Origin: Eledone cirrhosa
Lineage: Eukaryota
Length of the DNA stretch: 64,000 nucleotides
Reading direction: 5' to 3'
NCBI GenBank assembly: GCA_964016885.1
Contig: OZ024741.1
Span: forward strand, 147,870,001 to 147,934,000
Shown here: one piece after another, positions 52,675-64,000 of the stretch
How the letters are laid out: every line of letters begins with the position of its first letter
Position numbering within the stretch: position 1 is the first letter of the stretch
The notes under the pieces: generated by a model
The model's input: only the letters and a program-made list of their open reading frames with translations
The model's database searches: none
Told to the model about the DNA's origin: nothing
Program-made: the position numbers and the translations under genes

Positions 52675-54570
52675 ATAGCCCACTTATTCCTGAGAGGGTC
52701 GTGAGGGAAAACTCCTCAAACACTCCTTCCATCGTATCCTGTTAGAATCGACCGTCTCCAACTGATCCAGCTGGATCCCCAAGCGAGACCAGCCAAACTC
52801 ATGGATGTTATCCAACAATCTGGCTCAGGGTCTACCCCTGGGTCTCTTGCCGGTTGGTTTTGCTTGTAAAATCTGTCCAGCGATTCTTTCCTGAGACATT
52901 CTAACCACATGGCTTTAGTATAAGAGTTGTGATCATAATTTTATATAAGAACCTTAATAAGAAAGTCAGTCATATTATCATATATCTTTTATTGATAAGG
53001 ACAATAGAATTGTGTTTAAACATTCATATCACATGTACAGTTCACTGTCTTCATATTCTCAGACACTCCTAATTGTTGCTGCTACAGTACTTCAAACTTC
53101 TCATTCCTAAGTCTTAGTCCTGTTCACCAATTCATTTACAACACTACAGATTTCTGATCCGTAGATCACAGGTTTCTAATTATCAATACATCAAACAAAA
53201 ACAACTCTATTGGGATATTCCAATGAGCTGGTTTCAAAACATCTACACAAACACAAGTGTCACAGAAGAAGAAAGAAAAAGGAAAAAAAAGAGAAAAGAA
53301 AAAGGAAAAAGAAAGAAAGGAAAGAAAAAAGAAAAAGAAGCATAAAAAATAGGAGTAGTTGCTCTACCTGGAGTGACTCTCTGATCTCCGAGTTTCGTAC
53401 TTTATCGAGTAACATTCCTCCAAAGACCCTTCGGAGGAATCCCATTTTGGCCGCTTGTATTCGCGATCGTATTCTTCTGGTCATTCTTTCAAATTGAAGA
53501 TAGCGAGTTTGGCTTTTACGCCTACCTCCCTTCTGATTGCTGAATTCTGAATGGGGTGCAGTAATGCACCAGCTCCTGTGATTCTGACCTCCTGCCTTCC
53601 TTGAGAGGACGAGTGTCTCAGTTTTCCCTATACTGATTTTCATTCCAGCCATGCAGCACTCGACATCAAACCTATCAAGTGCAAGTCGAAGATCATCTGT
53701 TGAATTAAGCAACACCATGTCATCTGCAAATTCCAGCTGACTGATTTTACACCAGCCAGTCGTGATACCATTTCCAACCCGACTGCGTATGTCAATCCTA
53801 TTGACATAAATAATGAACAGGAGAGGTGACAGAACACACCCTTGGCGGAGTCCGACTCCCACATTGAATGGTTTCGATTTAGCACCATTTATCCGAACAC
53901 AAATACTCGGTCATTCATATAGACAAGAGGGCAGCAAGAAGCTGACCATCAATTCCATACTCCTGTACAGCTTTCCACAGTAGTTCCCGAGGAACGCGGT
54001 CATATGTCTTATGAAGGTCGACAAAACAAGAATATACTTCTTAGCAATACACCCATGATTTCTCGAATACCTGCCGCAGTGTGAATATTTGGTCAGTTGT
54101 GCTGCATCTGCGGTGAAAACCACACTGTTCATCAGCTAGCTTGGACTCGACAGTCTCCATGCATCTCTTTGTCAGACACTTATCAGACTATACAGGCGAG
54201 GCTTAACAAGATCCCTCTGTAATTGAAATAATCTCTCTTGTCTCCCGTTTTGAAAATTGGGATTATCACTCCCGATTGCCATTGATCAGGTGTCCTTCCA
54301 GAGATCCAGGCCACCTGGCACACGAGTCAGCCAGAGAATACCTTCTCTATTTATGGCTTTTAACATCTCGGGCCGGATTCATCTTCCCCAGCAGCTTTGC
54401 CACATTTGAGCTCTTTAACTGCTCTTGCAACCTCAGCCTCAAAGATTAGTCACAGCTCTCATATGCATCTCGTGTACATTCAAAAATGCTGTTGTGATCA
54501 AGTTTAGGAGATCAGCAAAGTATTCTCTCCACCAAGTGAGGATGCACCTCTCCAACGATAGGAGGACCCC
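52675..54570 (-). mobile_element. RTE-clade LINE split by a ~430-bp insertion
   Basis: GLRQGCVLSPLLF, FADD; C-terminal HVVRM...GKRPRGRP lies at 52800-52912 beyond the insertion. Confidence 0.87.
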
Positions 54571-55476
54571 AGACACATAAATTGCATTAAATACAATTAT
54601 GTAAACATAACATCTGTCTTAACATTATTTCGTAAATGGAAACTCCATCAGGCTTAATCACCACCCTAATGCTGGATATATATGATTGATGTGGAGCGCT
54701 TTTTAACTGCTTAAACCAGATTATCTTTATGTTACATAACCTTCACAGATAAACACACTAATTATCAGCAATATATATATATATTTTTTTTACTTTTTAA
54801 CTTCCCTCCTTAAACCCCCCCTTACTCCTCCTCGGAGTTCCTATTCCTCCTATCCGAACTTTCTTGATGAAGAAATTCTGTCTTGAAACTTTGAAACCTC
54901 CTCCACTTCCACCAAGCGTGAACATAATATAACTGTGTACAATTGCCTCCTGTGTTTTGTTTGTTCATTTTCAACTATATATGAATATATATAATGCAAA
55001 GCTGTATATTTTAAAGTGCTTATATTTATTTCAAAAACTTTGATCATAATTTTATGTAAGAACCTTAATAAGAAAGTCAGTTATATTATCATATATCTTT
55101 TTATTAGATAAGGGCAATAGAATTGTGTTTAAACATTCATATCACATGTACAGTTCACTGTCTTCATATTCTCAGACACTCCTAATTGTTGCTGCTACAG
55201 TACTTCAAACTTCTCATTCCTAAGTCTTAGTCCTGTTCACCAATTCATTTACAACACTACAGGTTTCTGATCCGTAGATCACAGGCTTCTAATTATCAAT
55301 ACATCAAACAAAAACAACTCTATTGGGATATTCCAATGAGCTGGTTTCAAAACATCTACACAAACACAAAAGTGTCACAGAAGAAGAAAGAAGAAAGAAA
55401 AATGAAAAAAAAGAGAAAAGAAAAAGGAAAAAGAAAGAAAGGAAAGAAAAAAGAAAAAGAAGCATAAAAAATAGGA
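52930..55476 (+). repeat. Near-identical ~430-bp direct repeat (52930-53354 and 55041-55476)
   Basis: Direct comparison shows only a few substitutions and indels. Confidence 0.93.
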
Positions 55477-56150
55477 AACTATAAAGCTAGCTAAAATATA
55501 TAATTTTAATGAAATACACTACTTGTGATCTTCAAATAATCAAGGATTTGGAGGGATTTAATAGCATAACTGTCATTAGTAAGTTGGTGTTTGGAACAAA
55601 GTTTCTCACAAATTTATAATGAAAGGTTTATAATGAAAGGTTTCGTCAGTTTGATACCAAAACAGTTAACCCTTTTGATTTCAAACTGCCTGAAATTGGC
55701 CCTGGCTATAAATGTGTTTATATTTATGTATAAACTAACCATTGTAATTTTATGCAAGAACCTTTGTTAAGTTATGTTCTAAATAGCAGATAAATAACCA
55801 GAAATTTGCATTTCTAAATCTGTCCAAAATCCTGATTATTCTCAAAGTCATTCTTTAAAGGAAATTTCACAAGTGTAACAAAATAAATAAAAATACAAAA
55901 TATTTAACAGGATTTGAAACTGGGAATATGACTGATCAGCTCTATAGTCTACCTTATTAAAATCTTATTTGAAAAAGAAAATAAATGCTGGTGAATATAA
56001 TCATCTCTCAACATCTTTTACCGCATGAAATGGTATTAGCAAGAGTTTTGAAAAGAACAAAACAACACTGAGTGCATCACAAGTGTTTACACTAACTAAT
56101 ACTGCACATTTTCACAACAATATGTCCACCAGTAAAGATGTCATGAAATA

Positions 56151-56187
56151 CTAGCAGAAGAACCGCCCACGGGCGCTTTTCTGCTAG
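56151..56187. mobile_element. Helitron-like 3' terminus (hairpin plus CTAG), palindromic
   Basis: CTAGCAGAAGAACCGCCCACGGGCGCTTTTCTGCTAG; on the minus strand CTAG is followed by T. Confidence 0.65.
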
Positions 56188-56234
56188 CATATGCACACTA
56201 TATGTGTGCATATTGATAAACGCAAATCGTTATC

Positions 56235-58690
56235 GTCATCATCATCATCACCGTTTTACGTCCATTCTTCCACACTATCATGGGTTAGACGGGTTGTCCT
56301 GTTGTGGGCAATGCCAGGTCAGGTGACCATGTCTTGAACTGATTTTCGCTTGATTTCTACAGTTGGATTCCCTTCCTAACACCAACCTCATTTACAGTGA
56401 GTACTGGGTGTATTTTTACCGTAGCGCCTACACAACTACTTTACTGTGGGAGGGGTTGGGGGCATACTGTCTATATGCGTCAGCTTCGGCTTGTACCCGT
56501 GGGAAGTCGGGTCTTCTGTATTACTCCTTAACGCTAGAGGTCTCGGTCCTGTGTCATCGCCTTTGAGATGTGCAATTGGATAAAGTCGGCTTTTATCACC
56601 TCATCCCAGATCTTCATGGGTCTCCTCACTCTGCGGCTTCCATCGACTTCTAGTGCTCTGCACATTTTTATGCAGTTGTCATCCTTCATACGCATCACAT
56701 GTCCATACCAATGCAACCTCCTCTCCTGCACACAGCATTTGGGGCAGAGGATGGAATTTCTACCTACACCTTGCCTGCATAGTGAACAAGGCCATTTCCC
56801 TGAGAGGATCTGGGTCCTGTTTTCTCGTCTACTTACAAGGAACTTAGTTTTTGTCAGGTTGAGACCCCTTCTTTCTAGTCCCTGCTTCCATGTCTGGAAT
56901 TTCTTCTTTAGTTCCAACATAGATTCAGCTATAAGTGTAAGATCATCCGCGTACAGAAGTTCCCATGAGCATCCGGTCTTAAACTCCTCTGTTACAGCCT
57001 GCAATACGATAGTAAACAGGAGATGGCTAAGAACAGAGCCCTGGTGGACACCGACCTGTATGCTAAATTCCTCGCTATAATCATTGTTAACCCTAACTTT
57101 GCTGACTGCTCCCCTACACATAGCTTCTACAGCCTTCACAACCCATTCATCTACTCCTAGTTTTCTAAGATCCCACCAGATTATAGCATGGGGCACTCCT
57201 GGTAGAGCCAGGTAGAGCGGCTTACTTTTAGCTAGGTACTTTTCCTGTAACTGCCTCACAAGGAAGAGAGCATCAGAGGTGCTTTTGCCTGGAACAAACC
57301 CAAACTGCATCTTACCTAGTTTTACCCGGTACCTAATTAGCTGCGCTATAACTATTTCCGTTATTTTCATGACCTGGCCCATCAGCTTTATACTTCTATA
57401 GTTTCCTCTATTTAGTGCATCTCCTTTACCCTTGTAGCAGTTGACATTGATGCTGCTGCGCCAATCCTTTGCTATGACACCCTCTTGTATTACCTGGTAA
57501 ACAATACGTGTGGTCATGGTGTGACCTACCGACCGAGATGCTTTCAGCATCTCTGCAGCTATACCGAATGGACTGGTTGCCTTCCCAGTCTTCATATTTT
57601 TAATTTCCTTACTTACTAAAATGCTGCTGACTTGTATTGCTGGTCCGTTTATAGGGTCCAGTTGGGGTAGGGTCTCTTTCTCCCATGCATTCTCCTCATT
57701 CAATAATCTTTCATAATGGCTCTTCCACGCAGCTTACTTCTCGGCACTTGTGAGGGCAAGCTCACCTTTATCATTCCGGACACACTTCTCTCCAATGACA
57801 TCACAATTTTCTCTAACCACTGCCTCGCAACCCTGCACACCTCCTGTTTCTGGTCCTCACGCTGCAAAACATGCTTGAATTTTCTATCCTCCACTTCCAT
57901 TCTAGCTAAGTATACTTGTCGCCTGGCTTCTAGCTAAGTATACTTATCGCCTAGCTTCCCTCCTGGTCTCTATGGGAAGGCATTTGTGTTTACAACCGTC
58001 CATCTATCTCGTCCTCTGATAAGGATAAAAATCTATCTGACTAGAATGCTCCCCCTGATCTATAAGTGATCAGATGGTTGTCGGGTTTTTTGAAGTTTGT
58101 GTTACATATCGACATGCCATTGGCGTCACAGAATTCTAGAAGCCTAAAGTCTTCTTCATTTCTTGTGCCAAACCTGTAGCCTCCATGGACTCTATAGAAG
58201 CTGTCACGGTGTTTCCTAATGTGACCGTTAAAGTCTCCTGCAATGATTAGGAAGTCATTGTCGTTTGTTAGGGCAGTAGTGTGCATTAACGACTCGTAAA
58301 ACCTATCCTTAAGTTCGTCTGGCACCCAGATTGGGGTGCGTAAGCTGATATAATTGTAGCAATTGATTTATTCAGGACTAGTCTGAGTTTAATTATTCTT
58401 GCGTTCACCCTGTTCACTGAGATTACCTTATCTACCCATTTGTCAGCTAATATTATACCTACACCACCTAGCCCGTTGTCATTTCCCACCCAGAAAAATG
58501 TGTAGCACCGATTTTTGCCTACAAGGACTCTAACGGACTCTCCTCTCCATCTAGTCTCTTGTATACAGCATACATCAATTTCCTTTCGCTCTAACATCCA
58601 TACGATTTCTCCTGCTCTTCCTTTCATTGTGCTTACGTTTAAGGTGCCAACTCGGAGTTTTGGGCATTTGCCATCACTCGTGGAAAAGGA
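56235..58690 (-). mobile_element. Near full-length RTE/BovB-like LINE, decayed
   Basis: GTLNV, CIQETRW, SAYAPQ, GDFNGH, NYRSIKL, QGSVLS, YADD, RLHWYGHV; (GAT)n tail. Confidence 0.92.
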
Positions 58691-59692
58691 TGTATTTTTG
58701 CGGGGGAGTGTGTATGCTTTCTATCTCTGAATTAAAGCTTCGCATGGACGCTTGGTAACTCGTGGATTCATATTCATTTATTTATTCGGGGTTGTTCCAT
58801 TATCCTCAGCTCATCCATAGATAACAATAAACTTGAATATCTTTGGGGCAGGGCTAGAAAGGGCGGTAGTAGCAATGGCAGAATTTGTTGACGCAGGTAA
58901 TGGGTGAGGATGTGTTGCTGTGGTTTGATTGGTCGAAAAGCCTATGGGGGTGCGTGGGAGGGAGAATGTTCAGCGTGGTTTATTTCGAAAAAAGCCGAAT
59001 ATATACGTTGGGGTAAATAAGCAAATAATAATAATAATGTATACAGAACATTTTCAAAATAAGGAAGAAAAATACCTGTAGAGATGAAATAATCTATGGA
59101 TGGGTAGGATCAGTTGTAAATCTTTACAAATCCATAGAGGAAAGTCAACAGCCGTCAAGATTCGTAACACCGAAATGAATGAGTGAAAGAAAGGGGTAGA
59201 ATGACGTGGGTTTGGGATGAGTTCAAATATGTAATGCATATAAATATGATACGTAAATTGAAAAGTAAATTGACAATATGCACATAAACTGAACAAAGAA
59301 TGTGTTACACTTACTTCTGTAATCAGTAAAGTAATCTATGATACATTAAAAAAAGGCGATAATGAAGATGGAAAAGCGATGAAACTGTTGAGGGAAAATG
59401 TTCATGAATCTTCACTTGAGAATGTCGATGGGAAGCTTGAAGCGGTGAATTTGTGAATTTGAAAATAGTTGCTGCTGGTGGAAATGAATGAATTACATTT
59501 ACCAATATGAAGAGTTGACCTTCGCTATATTGTTGTTTTACTGTATTCACATATAGACTTCTTAAGTTTTTGTAATGTCCCTTTCTAGCAATTAAAAAGA
59601 AACTGAAATGCATGTCAACTAAAAGAGAGTGATAGCTGTGTCACATCACTAGAATTTCTTTGTAGACACAGTTGTCAGCAAACAGGCCCCTT

Positions 59693-62600
59693 TCATTTAA
59701 TATTTTTATATTTTCTTTTTTTTGTAACTCGTGATAATGCAACATACATCTGATCATGTGAGAAGAATTGTATTGGTAGATATACACTTATCTTTTTAAA
59801 TGTCTGCCCTTGTGCCTTGTTGCATGTAAGGGCAAATGCTGATTTGACAGAAAATTGCTTGCGAGTAAAGGTGAAAGGGAACTCAAGCTCTTGAGATACA
59901 TGTGGTATCCTTGGGATTAGCAACCTTGTTCCAACATTGGGGTCCAATGCCACTTCAGCTTCAATTACATGATTATGTAAACTGATGATGTAGTGTGTAC
60001 CATTGCAATGTCCGTTTAGAGGATCTAGATTTCTCAGAAGCATGATGCAACAGCCTTTCTTCAGTTTAAGTATGTGTGTTGGGAAGCCTGATAGGGTAAG
60101 TTTGTTGATGAACTCAATTGGATATTGCAGTTCATTATCGGAACTTCTGTAGATTATTTCATGACCAGGGAACTTGTTGACCATGAACTCATTCACCAAT
60201 CTTTCTGCATCATTTGCTGGAGTGATAATGGCTCTATTTGCAAGCCATAGTGGGTTTGTTTAGTTTCCTGGAAGATTTGTATACACAAAATCACACAGTC
60301 CAGACACATTACCATATTCCAGACAAAGTTCATTTGGCAGAAGAATTGTGAATGCACCTACAGTTGGAACAGTTGGAATGTTACCATTTCCCACATCAAG
60401 AAGGTAGTTTGGAAACTGTCTTTCATTAGAATCCTCTGCATTAAGTAACCGTCGATTGGTTTTCATATCCATGGTTTCCACATAGTCCCAGATATAAGAT
60501 CCCTTGATGGTTGCCTCAACTATTTGTGGTCTAGCACCATGACGTACAACTGGAAGAATTTGCTTCCAGTCACTATGTAGTAATACTGTTAGACCATAAA
60601 ATGGCTTTTGCAATCTCGAACATCTTTGAAGTTCCTGTCAAGGCATTCGAAGATATGCTTATGTCCTATACCTATCTCATCAATGATTAGCAGGTCAGCT
60701 GGCTGCATAACTTTACCTGTGGCATCCCTCCTTGTGAAGAAGTAAGTTGATTCAGCAGTCACATTGAGAGGAATCTTGCACTTGGAAATCAAGAGTTCTA
60801 TCTTTGTGAAGCAAAGTGGCTGCTATTCCAGATATGGCAGTGGAAAGTGCAATTTTTTTTAGATCGGAGGTAATCCAATATGATGTTGATGATATAGGTC
60901 TTTCCTGTGTCTGAACTTGTATTCAAGCAGAAAATTCTACCTTCATTTTCATTTACAGAGGTGATTACTTTGTGAAATATAACCAGTTGCTCAAGATTCA
61001 ATATTGGCAGAAGTTCATTTATGTTTGCTTGCAAGTGGTGTGTATTGAAATAAATCAGTTTCTGCCATAAGAACCCTGTTGATTTCTGGTATGGCAATAA
61101 TAGTTGGGTCTGGCCGAGGAAGTCCATAGTTGACATAAATGTCCAAGCCATCATTGTTGAAGTCTTTGTTGGATCTTCTGTAGAACAATCTGCACGGTTT
61201 GCATGGATATGACTTGCTCATGACGTTCATGCATATCGTCTGCAGGACAATTCTTCCATTTCTAACAGAACTGCAGAGGGTCATTTGGCATGCAGTACAA
61301 TAAAATGGTGCAGAAGATCTCTCGCAGCTAAGGACCAAGCGTAATGGACGAGGCCGCATCTACAGCTTTGTCTTTGTCTCCATCTTCATCCAACAGACCA
61401 AGTTTCCTGCATGCTTCTTGGAATGTTGGAAATTCATCTCCTTCAATTGTCCTCAAATCTTTGTATGAATAACCCAGCCTTGTGATGTAGGATCATTCTG
61501 AGATAATATAATTCAGATTGATGTCTTTTTAGAGATATGTTGGAATGCGTCATAAATTGTTGATCACCATCCAGATGTCCCTTTTTTCTTCTTTGCCACT
61601 TTTTGTTTGTCCAAGTGAAATACTTAGGAATATCAATATACAATGTTTTGTGCCAGTCGATCTCTAATATTCAGTTGAAAATATTCCGTCAACTTAGTCA
61701 TTGGCTGTCCCCTAGAAACAGCACTTTCTGCCCTTGCTCATACACGACCATTTGTTCCCCAGGTAAATGGAAAGGCAGCTTTTCAATTGGCGGTTTCGAA
61801 TGATGTAAATTAAATTTATAGATTCTCCAGAATGCTTCACGGGCTGAGATGTACCCTGCATTGATATAGGTCTCAATCTCATTTTGGGCATGGACACAAT
61901 TTCCTTTATCATCCTTAATAGTGAAAGTGATCTTGTCTGATCCTTTTGTGATGTACTTATATAATAAGTACTTAACAGCCTTGACACTGTGGACATCCTC
62001 ACAATTGATGTGGCACTGATATCTCAATGAGAGGAAAGGGTTGTATGGAACAATCCAATGACTATCAACAGTAAATTCTTGACCTTTTAAGTTGGATTGT
62101 ATGGGTGTGACCACCATGCTGTCTATCCCTTCTTCTATACTCCGGAAAGGAATTTTCGGCGACAAATGTGGTTTGTCTGAATGTCTTAGGATAACTTTAT
62201 GAGCAATGGCGTTGTTGTCGTAGCCCTTCCATACATAAGCACATCATATTAGCTTGTGCACATGGGCCATGAATGTTGCAGGATGTGATGATCTTATTCA
62301 GAATTGGATTGGTCACTTTATCAGGAATCTCACAGTACACTACCTGATCAATGGCATCTGCAGTTTTGGGCTTGCTATCTTCAGCCATTATCAGCAGAAT
62401 GTGAGCATTAGTGAGGCCTCGTTTCTGATACTCTATTGTAACAGAATGAGCCACAACTTTTCCTAGGACATTCATTTTCAGTATGTCATCCATGAGGCTC
62501 TCATGCTTGATCTTGAAGACTCTTGCACAAATATCGGGACGGGCCCTAGGTTCTTCACCAGGGTGCAAGCTATTTTTTATTTCATCCCAGTTAGGGTTAG

Positions 62601-63979
62601 TTGTTACTGTGATGAAATAAGATGGCTTTTCCATGTGTCGAACCACAGTCATTGAATTCTGGAAGCACTCACTGTAGAAGCGAGGGATACCATAGATCGC
62701 AGGAAGAAGAACAATTCTCTGGCCTGCATTTACTGAATCTCCTTCAACCACAGCATCATACAAACCCTTATACTTTTCAGCTCGTATCATGGTTTGATTG
62801 TTGTGGGCCCATTTGAGAAGACAATGTCCTATTTTGTGGGCCCATTTGATGAGACAATGTTCTATTGCCTGGGCATCTACAGCATATTGCTACATCAGCC
62901 GTCTGCTCTTCATGATAATGTTACAGTCACCTTACCTAACCTGAACCGATAACAGAAGAAATCAGTGGGAGTGGGTGTGTTGTCAATCCTTTTCAAACCA
63001 ACCTGAAATCCACCATTCTCCCAAGGAAACAGTAGCACATAATGCAGAGGATCATAAGAACGGTGAAACTGATGAATCCTCTAAAGACCTCTATTATGAA
63101 TGATGACAAGAAACCTAATGCTGTATCAGGTTGAATAACAGCAATCTCAGAAGCCATGGGAAGACTATATGTGCGACATTGTAAATCAATGGGTTTTACT
63201 TTGTCAGCATGTAGGACAATATTCACATTTTCGGAGACTGGCATTTCAATGGCTGCCTTAAAGCTTCTTATATATGGGTGTTGCAGTAGTGCAAGTCTTC
63301 TTGCAGCCCTTGCAGGACAGCAGCATCTAAATTAGCATGATGCAAGCGATTCTGAAGCTCATGATCCTTATCATAGAAGTAAAGCTGCGCAAACTTGGGT
63401 GAAGCATCACTTGGAAGTAGTGATCCAATAATATGACAAATCCTACCTTGGAACTTAAATGTGAGACTAAATCCTGGTGCTCTAATCTCTTTGCAACCAA
63501 TTGAAGGTAAGGCAAGCACATTGTTATATGCACGTATCTTATGGAGAAAAGAATTTGCTGCATGAGTGATATCGACATATTTCAATATATTTGGTGGAGG
63601 AGGAGTAAGTTGAGGGAGTTTCACTTTTCTCTGGAAGCAGCATAGAGATTTGGGTTCATGTGGTCAGCTATAAGCTTGGCAGTGCGGACAAACAGAGGCA
63701 AAGAGATTCCCTGCACTATGTTGTGGCATTATGCAAAGAACAGTTTGCTCTTGGAAAGGTTCATCTCTAGGATTCTTTGCCAGACCTTCAATGAATGTTT
63801 GGTGTATTTGTTGCAAATTGTTGTTGGTGTGTTAGCTGAACTATATTTGTAGAAATTTGTGGGGATCTTGTAGAGCGATTATTGTTTGATTGATTTGCCC
63901 TCGTCCCTCTTTGCCGTTGTGCGTCTGCTGCCATGCATTTGGATTTAGATGTGAAATATTTTCTGCGTCCCATGTTCAT
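59693..63979 (-). pseudogene. Helitron RepHel (family B), heavily decayed; element continues past the window end
   Basis: FAQLYFYD, YFITVTTNP, EYQKRGLTNAHI, KYLLYKYITKG, DTGKT, IDE, DWKQ, CNGT, NKAQGQT, YVALSR. Confidence 0.92.
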
Positions 63980-64000
63980 TTTCTGTCGTGTATGTATAAA

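Noticed and set aside
58041-58627. Host CFDP2-like gene
   Set aside because: It is the AP-endonuclease domain of the RTE LINE, contiguous with RT remnants.

Overview
AT-rich, repeat-dense eukaryotic DNA, most likely an octopod cephalopod. This rests on an octopus-type tRNA-derived [15 protein letters not shown]-type C2H2 zinc-finger repeats and long (TA)n tracts; it is an inference from memory of these families, not a database result. The left 38 kb is a cluster of intronless class A (rhodopsin-like) GPCR genes: two intact (21162-22265 +, 37126-38196 -), one split by a Helitron (1737-4009 -), one 3'-truncated (27316-28344 -) and two relics (8832-8907 -, ~12610-13000 +). They sit in a segmental unit present three times, two copies forming a ~23-kb palindrome, with mosaic sharing of diagnostic variants. 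The tail-to-tail junction (24.2-26.6 kb) carries three fold-back structures. One is a 149-bp-arm hairpin holding a minimal Penelope-type hammerhead ribozyme, intact in one arm and core-mutated in the other. The right 26 kb is nested transposon debris: a Gypsy element containing a boundary-complete 6.3-kb Helitron, a second Helitron family, RTE LINEs and CRE-like non-LTR elements. All alignments were done by eye, so most repeat boundaries are approximate. No wholly new system is demonstrated; the best candidates are the GPCR palindrome with reciprocal gene loss and the hammerhead fold-back.
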